From sequence record PZ386970.1: a stretch of 64,000 nucleotides of DNA, one strand, 5' to 3'. The notes under the pieces are model-generated. The model saw only the letters and a program-made list of their open reading frames with translations. It searched no databases and had not been told where the DNA came from. Positions 1-9,770 of this stretch are shown here, in pieces. Source of the stretch: a phage. Position numbers and translations under genes: made by a program. Within the stretch, counting starts at the first letter, position 1; each line of letters opens with the position of its first letter.

Positions 1-172
1 ATGTTTCGTGGTCATACGCAGGCAGAATACATTCGTCAATGGAAGAAGGACGATATTTCTGTTCTAGAATGTGTTCTTTGGAATTGATAGTAATCATGTA
101 ATTTTCCTCATTATCATTAAACTGGAGGATTTCTCCTCCATAATCGTACTACATTAAACGTAAAGCTTTGAC

Positions 173-859
173 TTAGAAGTCGTGAGTAGAATCAGCTTCC
201 ATTGCAATAACATAACTTACTTGAGAGCTTTCAAACTTAGCTGCAACTTTATCACCAGCTCCCCACAACATTACTTTATAGTTACCTGGCTGGATTTTCA
301 TATTAGCCATATTGATTACGAAGTTAAAGTTGTTAGAACCATCATAATCGGTAAGAGTCAAAGAATACTTAGGACGAGTCAAGCCAGAATCTTCAACTTT
401 ATTGTAACCGTTGATAACAATTTTACCATCTTTATTTGTAATAGCAATTGTATCAATCTGCAGTCCACGTGAAACTCGGAGCAATTGTTGGAGGTCTTCA
501 GCTTTAATTTCAGTAATAACGGAAGCTACTGGGAACTGAATTGGCTTATTCGGGAACACGATAGTGCTCTTGTCAGCGGCAGGCCAATAAACTGTGGAAC
601 GTGTATCTGCAATTTTAATATTACCGTCAGTGTGCATTGAAATTTCAGCATCATCAGACACTAGACTCAAAATGCTTAAGAAGCTATTCAAATCATAAAG
701 TGCTACGTCAAAATCAATTTCATCAGAGATATTTGCTTCTGCATAAGTGGTGCCATTAACTGCACGAGTCATAATAAATTTACCTTGACTCAGAAGAATA
801 CCGGAGTTAATAGAGGCAAAGTTTTTCAGAATAGCGATAGTATCTTTAGACAGTTTCAT
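173..859 (-). CDS. 45: DNA polymerase sliding clamp (gp45)
   Basis: Translation MKLSKDTIAILKNFASINSG...EADSTHDF matches the T4 gp45 clamp along its length as I recall it; start moved to the second Met (MKLSKD) as in T4. Confidence 0.9.
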   Translation of the reverse strand: MKLSKDTIAILKNFASINSGILLSQGKFIMTRAVNGTTYAEANISDEIDFDVALYDLNSFLSILSLVSDDAEISMHTDGNIKIADTRSTVYWPAADKSTIVFPNKPIQFPVASVITEIKAEDLQQLLRVSRGLQIDTIAITNKDGKIVINGYNKVEDSGLTRPKYSLTLTDYDGSNNFNFVINMANMKIQPGNYKVMLWGAGDKVAAKFESSQVSYVIAMEADSTHDF

Positions 860-899
860 TTTATTTCCTTTCAAGACAATTCAAAGTTTAACAAATTTA

Positions 900-1316
900 T
901 TATGCAGCAACCATCTGCTTTTTAATAGCTTCAGGCAGTGATTCAATATATTCTGGAATTTTAGAAGCAACAATTTCGCCAGCTGCAATTAGTTGTTCGT
1001 CGGCATCAACACAGTAAAAATCTTCAAGGCGTTCAGAACCGTCTTTATCAAGAACGATTTTAGCACCTGCTTCGATAGAATCTTTATAGTGCTTACGCAT
1101 CAGATGAATCCACATATCAGATACATCATTATCAATAAAACCATAAATCATAAAACGAGTTTCTTGTGGCAAAGATTGAAGCTTTTTAGCACTTGCGTCA
1201 TCACAATGCAGGACCCATGCTTTACGAACACGATTATGGTTATGCGGGTTAGCGTCAGTACGGATAGAAGTAACTTTCAGATCAGCAGCGGTAAAACCTT
1301 TAGCAGTAGTAAACAT
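900..1316 (-). CDS. rpbA: RNA polymerase-binding protein RpbA-like
   Basis: 138 aa ORF immediately upstream of gene 45 in the T4 rpbA position; assignment by synteny and size only. Confidence 0.45.
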   Translation of the reverse strand: MFTTAKGFTAADLKVTSIRTDANPHNHNRVRKAWVLHCDDASAKKLQSLPQETRFMIYGFIDNDVSDMWIHLMRKHYKDSIEAGAKIVLDKDGSERLEDFYCVDADEQLIAAGEIVASKIPEYIESLPEAIKKQMVAA

Positions 1317-1328
1317 ATTATTTCTCTC

Positions 1329-1529
1329 TTATTCGTAGAAGTCGGTAACTGTCCATGCGGAATTGCGATTAGACATTATTTTATTATACTCATCTTTAAA
1401 AGCAGATTTGAGCATTTGTTCAGTAACAATATGTTCTTCACCTGAAAAAGTATTGGTCAAAACATATTTTTTAATTTCAGGGACAACGAGAAGATGTTGT
1501 CCGGTTGAATACTCCATGTTGTTCTCCAT
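1329..1529 (-). CDS. hypothetical small protein (T4 45.2 position)
   Basis: 66 aa ORF between gp46 and rpbA, same position and size as T4 45.2. Confidence 0.4.
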   Translation of the reverse strand: MENNMEYSTGQHLLVVPEIKKYVLTNTFSGEEHIVTEQMLKSAFKDEYNKIMSNRNSAWTVTDFYE

Positions 1530-1571
1530 TTAATTTGATGTGGTCATTATAACCACATCGTGTTAAAGCGT

Positions 1572-3260
1572 TTATGAAACAGTCATCACAGTAAATCGTC
1601 CAACTTTGCTCATTTGAAGATGTTGTCCATAAGCTTGTGGGTCATGGTCTCTGTGACTAATTATAAACACGTTTGCATCGGTTAGAGAGTTAAGAATTGT
1701 TGAAATAGCTTTAATACCTTCAGAATCAGTCGCTGAATCCATGACTTCGTCCATAATTAATGTATTGATTCTAACACCAGAGACCTTTTCAGCAATATCT
1801 CGCCATGTAAACAACAATGCGATATCGATACGTGCCTTTTCACCTTGACTAAATGAAGCATAACTAAAATCTTCACGGCCACGTGATTTTATAGATTCAT
1901 TGAATTCTTCGTCAATAGAAAACACGTAATCAGCTTCCATGATTTTAAGATAATGGTTAATCTGCTTGTTGAACAGAGGCACATATTTTTTAATGATAGC
2001 ACCTTTAATACCAGAATCTTTTAACATATCTGTGATAATACCACGATGGTATTTTTCAAGAACGATATCTGATTTTGTTTTAATGATTTTATCAAGTTCT
2101 TTTTGAAGCAAAGCTATCTCATCGGCATGGTCGATAAATTCTGCTGAGGCTTGTTCTATTGCAGCTTTAACTTTCTTAGCTTTATCAATAGTGGCAATCA
2201 TTGCTTGTTTCTTGGTACGAATATCAGATGCAAGGTCCTGTTTAGTCTTAACATTAGCTCTATATTCGTCCACTAGGACACTCAGATTATCTCTGTGACA
2301 GGTAAGTTGCTCGAATGAGTGATTACATTCATGAAGCTTATCGGTAATCTTAGAGACAATAGGATCACCCTGGTGCAACTGTGATGCGCAAGTAGGACAT
2401 GTACCGCCATCATGATACATCTTAATAACTTTGTTATATGAGTCAATTTTAGATTTAATCAAGAATGCTTCTTGTCCTATCTTGTTGAATGCCTCAGTAG
2501 GATCTTCATCAAGAACGATATTAAGTAGTCGCTCATTAGCTTCTTCGATTTCTGCTTTTAATGAACGAGCTTCTTTGGCTAGGTCGTCATACATATTCTG
2601 TAGACGCGCTACATTATCACCAGATAATTTCTTTTGACGTTCGATATTATCGTTATAAATCTTAATTTGTTGGATAATACCATCTTTCTTGGCATCAAGA
2701 ACTTGTCCCTGGGAATTAAGTTCTCGAACTTGAGACTTATTGATTTTATCCATTTCAGCGAGTGTGCCAACTTCTAAAAGGTCTTCGACAAGTTTTCTAC
2801 GAGCAGGGGTGCTAAGAGCCATGAAAGGGGTATACCCTGCCGTCCCAAGCACAACGATTTGTTTAAAAGACGCGTATGACATTCCGATGCTACGTTCAAA
2901 TTCTTCTTGGAAGTCACGACTGCTGGCAGATTCATCGAGACGAACACCGTCAACGGAGATTTCGAAAATATTGGGCTTTTGGCCGCGTTTAATGAAGTAT
3001 TTTTTATCATCGAATTCCATCCAAAGCTCAACTAAGAGCTCTTTCTTGTTCGTGCTATTAATGATTTGTCCTTTCTTAACATCACGAAATGGTTTACCGA
3101 AAAGTCCGAAAGTAATGGCTTCTAACATCGTAGATTTACCACCGCCGTTTTTACCGGTGATTAATGTCTTTTGGACTTTATCTAATTGGATATCAATAGG
3201 ATTCCCACCTACCGACATGATGTTTTGATAACGAACACGATTTAATTTAAATGATTTCAT
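1572..3260 (-). CDS. 46: recombination endonuclease ATPase subunit gp46 (Rad50/SbcC-like)
   Basis: 562 aa; Walker A GKNGGGKST near the N-terminus, long central coiled coil, ABC signature SQGEK and Walker B LIMDEVMDS near the C-terminus; adjacent to gp47. Confidence 0.85.
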   Translation of the reverse strand: MKSFKLNRVRYQNIMSVGGNPIDIQLDKVQKTLITGKNGGGKSTMLEAITFGLFGKPFRDVKKGQIINSTNKKELLVELWMEFDDKKYFIKRGQKPNIFEISVDGVRLDESASSRDFQEEFERSIGMSYASFKQIVVLGTAGYTPFMALSTPARRKLVEDLLEVGTLAEMDKINKSQVRELNSQGQVLDAKKDGIIQQIKIYNDNIERQKKLSGDNVARLQNMYDDLAKEARSLKAEIEEANERLLNIVLDEDPTEAFNKIGQEAFLIKSKIDSYNKVIKMYHDGGTCPTCASQLHQGDPIVSKITDKLHECNHSFEQLTCHRDNLSVLVDEYRANVKTKQDLASDIRTKKQAMIATIDKAKKVKAAIEQASAEFIDHADEIALLQKELDKIIKTKSDIVLEKYHRGIITDMLKDSGIKGAIIKKYVPLFNKQINHYLKIMEADYVFSIDEEFNESIKSRGREDFSYASFSQGEKARIDIALLFTWRDIAEKVSGVRINTLIMDEVMDSATDSEGIKAISTILNSLTDANVFIISHRDHDPQAYGQHLQMSKVGRFTVMTVS

Positions 3261-3505
3261 ATGTATTCTCTTCGAATGAAGTCCTCTACATATTTTAACA
3301 TGTCATCCCTATCAGCAAAATATTCATCTAGTTCTGCATACATAACAACACCTGGTGCGTACTCACAGGTAACATACATTGTTCCAAAGAAACGAGGAGT
3401 TGATTCCTCGTAATTCTCAGTCCATTCTACGATACCAAAATAACCGTCGCCAATACTAAATTCATGGCGCTGGTATTCATTAGTCTTCGTAGTCATTATA
3501 AGCAT
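3257..3505 (-). CDS. hypothetical protein (46.1-like position)
   Basis: 82 aa ORF tightly packed between gp46 and gp47; no recognisable motif. Confidence 0.4.
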   Translation of the reverse strand: MLIMTTKTNEYQRHEFSIGDGYFGIVEWTENYEESTPRFFGTMYVTCEYAPGVVMYAELDEYFADRDDMLKYVEDFIRREYI

Positions 3506-3740
3506 CCTCGATGCAGGCTTCAGCCATTTTCAGAAGAGAACCAGGAGTATCACCGTCCATTACATTGAAACTGAATTCCACAGCCCAGTCTGTACAGACA
3601 CGAACTGCTTTAACTTCACCGTCTTCAACTCGTAATGGTTCAATCCAGTATTTCACTGTGTTCTCGAATCCATCATCATCTTTAACGTCTATTTCAACTT
3701 CAAGCCCGAGCCCAGCATTGTTAAATTCATCTAAAGTCAT
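3480..3740 (-). CDS. hypothetical acidic protein (46.2-like position)
   Basis: 86 aa acidic ORF with start overlapping the gp47 stop; no recognisable motif. Confidence 0.4.
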   Translation of the reverse strand: MTLDEFNNAGLGLEVEIDVKDDDGFENTVKYWIEPLRVEDGEVKAVRVCTDWAVEFSFNVMDGDTPGSLLKMAEACIEDAYNDYED

Positions 3741-4756
3741 TGTGTTGCCTCAATATAAAGTTCGTTGGAATATTTGACCAGCGCTTCTCTGTCTTCGTCT
3801 GAGATATCTGGAATCGCATCAATATATTCTTTAATGATATCTTGAAGTGATTTAATCTCGATTTCCTGGTCGTCATCGGATTCAACACTGTTATCAACTT
3901 TAGAAACCATACGAAGAGAGTGAACTACTTTTTCAAGTTCAGATTCAAACTTAGTCAATTCTGAATCAATTTCTGATACTATAACACGTACGGCTAGATT
4001 AGTATAATCAGAATAATTGATTTTGCCTTTAAACGGATAAGTGATTCGTCGATGCCATGTTGTTTCATTAGGAATAAATTCCATACGTTCAACATCAGTG
4101 TCAAATACCCAGAATCCGCGCGGGTCATTCTCATCGCCTGCAGTAAGGGTCCATGGTGTCCCAATATATTTGACGTTAGCAGCTTCAGAGATTGTGTGGA
4201 AGTGGCCAGACCAGACTTGTTTATAGGTCTTTAAGAAATCAGGTTCAAGCCCATGAGACTTCATTCCTTTATAGAAATAAAAGCCATTCAGTTCCCAGTG
4301 TCCAACACAATACGCAGCAGAAGAAGTCTTGATGTGCTCTAAGATTTCACCTGTATTTTCTTCACACATCCATGGAATTAAATCAATCAGACACCCATCG
4401 AAATCAACAGTCGTAGGTTTATCATAAATAACAACATTTTTACGATGAGACAAAAGCTCTTGGGTTGTATTAGGGTATAAAGTTGTCTTATAAAAAAGGT
4501 CGTGGTTACCCAAAATAGTGTGAACGGTTATTCCAGCGTTTTCAGCCATATCAAATAATTCACGAGTAAACTCCATACAACGTTGTGTTGTGTGAGCTCG
4601 TACATCAAATACGTCCCCGTACTGTATCCATGTTGTTATTCCATTTTTAACAGAATAATCCACCATTTGTTTGAATCCGTGTCGTTGGATGTTTTGAATC
4701 CAAACATCATCCTTTTTTACACCTAAGTGCAAATCGCCCACGTTAAGAATTTTCAT
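3737..4756 (-). CDS. 47: recombination endonuclease nuclease subunit gp47 (Mre11/SbcD-like)
   Basis: Calcineurin-like phosphoesterase motifs GDLHLG and GNHD; start moved to MKILNVGD by analogy to T4 gp47. Confidence 0.85.
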   Translation of the reverse strand: MKILNVGDLHLGVKKDDVWIQNIQRHGFKQMVDYSVKNGITTWIQYGDVFDVRAHTTQRCMEFTRELFDMAENAGITVHTILGNHDLFYKTTLYPNTTQELLSHRKNVVIYDKPTTVDFDGCLIDLIPWMCEENTGEILEHIKTSSAAYCVGHWELNGFYFYKGMKSHGLEPDFLKTYKQVWSGHFHTISEAANVKYIGTPWTLTAGDENDPRGFWVFDTDVERMEFIPNETTWHRRITYPFKGKINYSDYTNLAVRVIVSEIDSELTKFESELEKVVHSLRMVSKVDNSVESDDDQEIEIKSLQDIIKEYIDAIPDISDEDREALVKYSNELYIEATQ

Positions 4757-5570
4757 ATTGCACCTTAAATTTACCATAAATTATACTGTGATAACTTAAA
4801 TCAGGAAAACCTTCTGCGACGGCTAAAGGTCTAAACTTCTTAGGACTTATTCTACCACATTTTACCCAAAGAGTATATAGTGCTTCATAATATTCAAATA
4901 ATGGTCCTTTACGAGCTTCAGAAACAGTTTTACGCACTTTGTCCTTTATTGACGGGTCTAAATTTCTAAGGGTTTCACTAATTTTGTTTCGATGGGTTTC
5001 ATTAATAAGATTTCCTTTAACCCAGCCTTCAGGTTCAGTCCCTGGGACAAACATTTTCTTTTCTTTGCCATTATTATACCATTTGCGACCTTTATTGTGA
5101 CTAGAGGCTTTATATTCAGGAGAACGACCTTTTACATTACCTTCTGGTATATAAGGTAGAAAACTTTGTTCTAACGTTTCAGGGTTGTATGAGTGTATAT
5201 GGCCTTTACCATTATGTGAGCCGTACAATGGGTGCTCTTCTTTTGGAAGTGATAATCCGAAAAATCCTTTAGGAGCAGCAATTGCTTTATTCATATACAT
5301 CGGGTTATTGGCAGCATCCACCTTTAGTTGGAGTAAACGTTCAGCTTTTGTCGCTTCTTCTCTTGTGGCGTGTTCACTTACAATACATGAATCAAAAAGA
5401 TGTGGATTCATTTTTAGTTCAGAATTGTAAATTTCCTTATACGCTTTTGATAAAACCGTTCCGTGATATCCAGCTTTATGTTTTGCAATATTTGTGGAAC
5501 CTATATAAAACGGTGGAAGTTTGTCACCATCATAAATCGTAAAATATACTATGTACATGTTATTCTCCAT
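4743..5570 (-). CDS. putative free-standing GIY-YIG homing endonuclease (Seg-like)
   Basis: N-terminal IVYF-x10-YIGS arrangement resembling GIY-YIG, followed by basic repeats resembling NUMOD3-type DNA-binding modules; occupies the slot where T4 has a-gt. Confidence 0.55.
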   Translation of the reverse strand: MENNMYIVYFTIYDGDKLPPFYIGSTNIAKHKAGYHGTVLSKAYKEIYNSELKMNPHLFDSCIVSEHATREEATKAERLLQLKVDAANNPMYMNKAIAAPKGFFGLSLPKEEHPLYGSHNGKGHIHSYNPETLEQSFLPYIPEGNVKGRSPEYKASSHNKGRKWYNNGKEKKMFVPGTEPEGWVKGNLINETHRNKISETLRNLDPSIKDKVRKTVSEARKGPLFEYYEALYTLWVKCGRISPKKFRPLAVAEGFPDLSYHSIIYGKFKVQYENS

Positions 5571-5584
5571 TTTGTATAGAAATT

Positions 5585-5614
5585 ACTATATCATAGTTTA
5601 TACTGTTTGTAAAC
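5585..5614 (-). promoter_or_regulatory. T4-type early promoter (-35 GTTTAC, -10 TATAGT)
   Basis: Minus strand reads GTTTAC-18 nt-TATAGT about 20 nt upstream of the endonuclease ORF start. Confidence 0.45.
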
Positions 5615-5628
5615 CCTAGAAACGAGAA

Positions 5629-5648
5629 AAGGAACTCCGAAGAGTTCC
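5629..5648 (-). terminator. putative rho-independent terminator
   Basis: Minus-strand hairpin GGAACTC-TTCG-GAGTTCC followed by UUUUCUCGUUUC, just upstream of the promoter above. Confidence 0.4.
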
Positions 5649-5860
5649 TATCCACATAGTACACCGTACAGAGGCTCATTTGAACTTTTAAATCGAATGG
5701 GCTTGTATGTAATAGTTCCTTCGGCAGAAGCTTTATCATAAGACTCTTTAAAACGTCTCATTCTTTCTGCTTTGCCTTTACGGATTTTATCGAAATTTTC
5801 AGAAGTCGGGATGTTCGTCATGCATAAGCACCTCTCAGAAAATGCCTAAATCGATTTCTC

Positions 5861-6082
5861 TCATCGTTTCCACCATTTCTTAACTTGAAATGAATCAACC
5901 CACACGAGTTGTTTTGGGTCTGCCTTTACAATAGGCAGACAAATTTCTGTAATAGAACCGTCGTGATATTCCTTTTCAGAAATTTTAACACAAAGAGGAC
6001 CTCCCAATTTAAGGGTGAACCCTGCGTTCAGCTTCAGACGTTTAAACTTTGTTTGAACTAGCGCCATTAATGATGTCCTCAA
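5861..6082 (-). CDS. hypothetical protein
   Basis: 73 aa ORF in the minus-strand early array; no motif. Confidence 0.3.
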   Translation of the reverse strand: MRTSLMALVQTKFKRLKLNAGFTLKLGGPLCVKISEKEYHDGSITEICLPIVKADPKQLVWVDSFQVKKWWKR

Positions 6083-6365
6083 TAGCCTGACGAGTAGTAA
6101 CCCACTGGATTTTAATTAACTTGTCATTATATGGTTGTCGTAGAATATCCCGAGATTTCTTAATAGCATATTCGTAAGCTTCGAAGTTGTTTTGAATTGC
6201 TGCTTCTTGAGCATGAGCATAAAGACGGTTTAGCTCAAAACGATTCTTTTTAAGAATCTTTTCGGATTTTTTACGTGCTTCAGCTTCATTTTTCTTTTGT
6301 ATTTCTTGTAGCATTTTGGCTACTGCATCTTCTGCTTCTTTATTTTCAATAATCTCGGTAGTCAT
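6042..6365 (-). CDS. hypothetical protein
   Basis: 107 aa charged, helical ORF; no motif. Confidence 0.35.
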   Translation of the reverse strand: MTTEIIENKEAEDAVAKMLQEIQKKNEAEARKKSEKILKKNRFELNRLYAHAQEAAIQNNFEAYEYAIKKSRDILRQPYNDKLIKIQWVTTRQAIEDIINGASSNKV

Positions 6366-6366
6366 A

Positions 6367-6582
6367 TTATCTCATTAAATTAAAATAAAAACGTCCGTCC
6401 TCTTCAATACAGAACTCGTACTCAACTGGAGTCCCATTTATCGAAAATGACACGTCATGTGGGTTCAAAGGGTCGATGTCAAAATTAATTTTAAATTCTC
6501 TACCCAACAGTTTTACCAAATAAGGGATTGCTTCGTCAAAAGGTTCTTCTAAGTAGTTAGAGATGTCAATTGTTATCCTCAT
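6367..6582 (-). CDS. hypothetical protein
   Basis: ORF trimmed to the internal Met (MRITIDIS...) to limit overlap with gp55. Confidence 0.35.
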   Translation of the reverse strand: MRITIDISNYLEEPFDEAIPYLVKLLGREFKINFDIDPLNPHDVSFSINGTPVEYEFCIEEDGRFYFNLMR

Positions 6583-7123
6583 ATAAAAAATCCAAACTAG
6601 GCGAATCGCTAACAACTTCCTTCTTTTCAGCCCCAGGAGCTTTATAAGCTGATTCTTCATAATGCGTCATTTTATCGTAGATGTCTTGAATAAACGTTTC
6701 ATCTACCAACGCTACCATATCATCGTCATGACTGTCGTAGACATTATGAACGAAGTAACTATATTTCTTTGCAACTTCCTTACGTTCTTTTTTGATACGT
6801 TGGACAAAAGCATTAAAACAAGCTCGAGTTATGTATGCATGTGGGTTATTGTACTTAGTTTCGTCGAAATTATGAAGTCCCTTAATAGAGGCTTCAATCC
6901 CATCTGCAATCATCTCCTGCTTCCAAGACTGGGTATATCCTGAAAAGTTGAAACGTTTGGACAGGCCTTCGGCGATAAGCATAATTGCTAAACCGATGGT
7001 ATCATTCTGACGAATAATTTTGTTTGGGTCTTTATTATTTAAGAGCTCCTTTTTCCACTCGATTATAGCGGCGAGAAGCTCTTTATTATTCACATAGTTA
7101 TTTTTAGGTTTTTGTTCAGTCAT
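6566..7123 (-). CDS. 55: late-transcription sigma factor gp55
   Basis: 185 aa; sequence (NYVNNKELL...[29 protein letters not shown]...) corresponds to T4 gp55 along its length as I recall it. Confidence 0.9.
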   Translation of the reverse strand: MTEQKPKNNYVNNKELLAAIIEWKKELLNNKDPNKIIRQNDTIGLAIMLIAEGLSKRFNFSGYTQSWKQEMIADGIEASIKGLHNFDETKYNNPHAYITRACFNAFVQRIKKERKEVAKKYSYFVHNVYDSHDDDMVALVDETFIQDIYDKMTHYEESAYKAPGAEKKEVVSDSPSLDFLYEDNN

Positions 7124-7195
7124 AAGTACCTCTTAGCTCAATTCATAGGTCTATTATATCATAATATTTAGAGACCTATCTTAAAGCACGAGATA

Positions 7196-7465
7196 CTATC
7201 GGAGCAAACAATAAGCCTGAAACACTTTTTCCATTAAACGTTTGAACTCATGGATATCGATATAAAGCTCAGTAAGACCGGCATTATAAAGAAAATCTAA
7301 AAAGTTCTCATGTGTTTCGTTATAGTCGCCTTCGTTTAATTGAGATACATGAGTTTCCCAAAAACCAACACCTTTAACGAATGGAAAATACGTGACTTTC
7401 ATGTATTCGTCAACATAAAATTCGCCAAGCTTTTCTTCTGTTATAGAAATTCGAGATAGTTTCAT
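7196..7465 (-). CDS. hypothetical protein (55.x region)
   Basis: 89 aa ORF in tight minus-strand array. Confidence 0.35.
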   Translation of the reverse strand: MKLSRISITEEKLGEFYVDEYMKVTYFPFVKGVGFWETHVSQLNEGDYNETHENFLDFLYNAGLTELYIDIHEFKRLMEKVFQAYCLLR

Positions 7466-7689
7466 TCTATTTCCTTTGCTGCTTCAAGAGCAGCATCCAG
7501 CGAATCAAATTGGTCAACGAAATCAATATTCAACGCATCGTCAACCGTAGCATATAACCACCATTGTTTGAATTCATATTCTAGGATAAATCCAGGCCCT
7601 TCAATCTGAGGAAGACCTAGACTATTTGTACCAACTTCGTAACCAGCTAGACGCAGGTCATTAATCAAAGTTTCTGTTAATACGCTCAT
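7462..7689 (-). CDS. hypothetical protein (55.x region)
   Basis: 75 aa acidic ORF, start overlaps upstream stop. Confidence 0.35.
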   Translation of the reverse strand: MSVLTETLINDLRLAGYEVGTNSLGLPQIEGPGFILEYEFKQWWLYATVDDALNIDFVDQFDSLDAALEAAKEIE

Positions 7690-8066
7690 TTTACCGCCTT
7701 AACAATTTTCAGGTCAGCGAATTTTTTCTTACGTTGATTTTTCATACGACGGATAGTCTTTTCAGAGATTTCATGTTTCTGATAAGCTTTAGATTCAACA
7801 CCAAATGCAGCAACGTCAAATTCAGAAAGAATATATTGTACTAGAATTTCACGAATAGAATTACGTCCAATTTTCTGGTCGTGTTTTTGCATGATTTCAT
7901 AAAGACGGAATTCCCACGCGTCAAGAACTTGAGGAGTAACAATATTGCCGGATTCCAGAAGAGCAACAACTTTATCGAAAGCGAAAGAATTAACTACGTT
8001 TTTGATTTTAGTAGACATATTATTTTCCTCGGTTATTTTATTATCCAACGAGAGAATTATACTCAT
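7686..8066 (-). CDS. hypothetical protein (55.x region)
   Basis: 126 aa ORF; start may be at a downstream Met. Confidence 0.35.
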   Translation of the reverse strand: MSIILSLDNKITEENNMSTKIKNVVNSFAFDKVVALLESGNIVTPQVLDAWEFRLYEIMQKHDQKIGRNSIREILVQYILSEFDVAAFGVESKAYQKHEISEKTIRRMKNQRKKKFADLKIVKAVK

Positions 8067-8084
8067 CTCCCAAGAGTTTGTATA

Positions 8085-8324
8085 TTATTTTTTAAGCATG
8101 AAAAGTAAGTAATTTGTATCACGTGGAGTAATATCAACACCCATATCAAAGATGCCTTTATAGATTGGGTATTTGTTTTCGGTTGTATCGAAGCTGAAAC
8201 TATTTCCATCACAACTAACAGTAATAGCATCTGTTAAAATGTCATACTCAACCCTAACAATTGAATCCCCAATTTTAACGTCGAGGTGTTTTTTGAATTT
8301 GATAAAATCTAATTCTTGGGCCAT
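8085..8324 (-). CDS. hypothetical protein
   Basis: 79 aa ORF; palindromic promoter-like element lies just upstream at about 8340-8385. Confidence 0.35.
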   Translation of the reverse strand: MAQELDFIKFKKHLDVKIGDSIVRVEYDILTDAITVSCDGNSFSFDTTENKYPIYKGIFDMGVDITPRDTNYLLFMLKK

Positions 8325-8387
8325 GATATTTTCCTCATTTTAAGACGATAGGAAGACATGTTATTATCTTCCTATCGTTGTACATTA

Positions 8388-8588
8388 TTAACCGAACTTT
8401 TTAGCGCCTTTCCAGCCTTCGTACATAACTGCACAAGTCAGTAGTACAGCGTGCTGGCATTCTTTGTATTTGTAAATCCAGAACCAGCGTAAGAAGTCTT
8501 CATCCTCAACGCCGTTGAGTTTCATATTGGCAAAGAATTCGGCACGTTCTTCACGAAGTTGCCATGACACAATATTTTCAGGATTCAT
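8388..8588 (-). CDS. hypothetical protein
   Basis: ORF trimmed to MNPENIVSW...; coupled overlap with neighbours. Confidence 0.3.
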   Translation of the reverse strand: MNPENIVSWQLREERAEFFANMKLNGVEDEDFLRWFWIYKYKECQHAVLLTCAVMYEGWKGAKKFG

Positions 8589-8719
8589 TTTGTGTTCCAC
8601 GCCCCATTTTCATCGATGAACTTAATCCAGTCATTTACAGACCATTTAGTTGTATCACCCTTTGGATTAACATTTAAAGTATATAATCCCTGCTTAAAAA
8701 GCATTCGTTTGATATTCAT
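8585..8719 (-). CDS. hypothetical small protein
   Basis: ORF trimmed to the internal Met (MNIKRMLFKQ...) so it packs without long overlap. Confidence 0.25.
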   Translation of the reverse strand: MNIKRMLFKQGLYTLNVNPKGDTTKWSVNDWIKFIDENGAWNTK

Positions 8720-8726
8720 AATTTCC

Positions 8727-9020
8727 TCAACTGTAACGATAACATTCGTTAGCTTTACGTTTGGCTTCAGTATGAGAAGTATTATAATCATACTCTTCTT
8801 TACTGTAAACATCTTTTTTCAACTTACGAACTTCTTTGCGGAGTTGTCGATTCATTTCATTCTTGACTTCAGAATCAACACCTTTCATACGTTTCCATTT
8901 ATCTGAGCGGAAGATGTTTTCAACCATGTTTTTGTGGCTAACACCATCAGGAGCTTTACGCTTACCAAAATAGTCGTAATCGCGAACTTTCAAATCTTTA
9001 CGACGATATGTTTTACCCAT
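8727..9020 (-). CDS. hypothetical basic protein
   Basis: Lys/Arg-rich ORF trimmed to MGKTYRRKDLK... Confidence 0.3.
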   Translation of the reverse strand: MGKTYRRKDLKVRDYDYFGKRKAPDGVSHKNMVENIFRSDKWKRMKGVDSEVKNEMNRQLRKEVRKLKKDVYSKEEYDYNTSHTEAKRKANECYRYS

Positions 9021-9027
9021 AAGTACC

Positions 9028-9276
9028 TCAGAGGTTGATTGATACAATGCGTTTGATAAAATTCACTTCACTTACTGAAAGGTCTTTAAGACCGATTGAT
9101 TCTAAACGCTGAGTAAGCGTCAACATCGGGATATAGTCCCATTGAGTTTTAGACGCTTGATAAGTACGAACGCCATTAGCAATTTCAACATGCAAATTTG
9201 AAATGGTAACGAATACCAGACGCTCATCATTAACTTTAAGGGTTAGAACAACTTTCTTTGAATCTAAACTAATCAT
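9028..9276 (-). CDS. hypothetical protein
   Basis: 82 aa ORF preceded by an early promoter. Confidence 0.4.
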   Translation of the reverse strand: MISLDSKKVVLTLKVNDERLVFVTISNLHVEIANGVRTYQASKTQWDYIPMLTLTQRLESIGLKDLSVSEVNFIKRIVSINL

Positions 9277-9304
9277 TTTATTTTCCTCTATAGTAGTTGG
9301 TTTA

Positions 9305-9333
9305 ATCTTAACATATCTATCGAGGATGTAAAC
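9305..9333 (-). promoter_or_regulatory. T4-type early promoter
   Basis: Minus strand: GTTTAC-17 nt-TAAGAT, about 30 nt upstream of the ORF starting at 9276. Confidence 0.45.
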
Positions 9334-9422
9334 TGTTTTATGAAAATATTTTTATTTGAGAGGGGCACAAGGAGATAGTGAAGTGAAGATTCCAATGGAT
9401 TATATTAGAAATAGGATAAAGA

Positions 9423-9441
9423 AGACCAGGCGGCACCTGGT
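9423..9441 (-). terminator. putative terminator hairpin
   Basis: GACCAGG-CGGCA-CCTGGTC palindrome overlapping the nrdH stop, followed on the minus strand by a U-rich tract. Confidence 0.35.
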
Positions 9442-9770
9442 CAATCTTCTATGATATCAGAGTCGTATCCTAATGAAATCAAAGACTTTTTAAACTCTGC
9501 AATATTCTTTTGTTTCTTATCATTTAAAAATATGACAGGATAACGAATATTAAGTGAAGTGAATCCTGCACGTTTAGCAAGAGATACGATTAAAGGACGG
9601 TCATATTCAATCTTACCATTATTAGTGAGGACTTTATAAAATGTATAAGGAGCATTGAGCTCCTTTAAAAGTTTTGTAACAGTATAACATCCTGGACAAC
9701 GTCCTACTTCTTCAGGGATGCCGTAGATTTCAATCTTATTCTTTAAGTTCGAGTTTTGTTCCACGAGAAA
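9440..9770 (-). CDS. nrdH: glutaredoxin-like redoxin (NrdH-like), start uncertain
   Basis: About 100 aa thioredoxin-fold protein with CPGC active-site motif directly upstream of nrdG; no in-frame ATG near the expected start, so a GTG start overlapping the upstream gene is likely. Confidence 0.45.

Noticed and set aside
7145-7181. Palindrome ATAGGTCTATTATATCATAATATTTAGAGACCTAT upstream of gp55 as a standard early promoter or MotA-dependent middle promoter.
   Set aside because: A -10-like hexamer is present but no GTTTAC-type -35 or correctly spaced TGCTT MotA box could be placed; recorded only as part of the palindromic element family.
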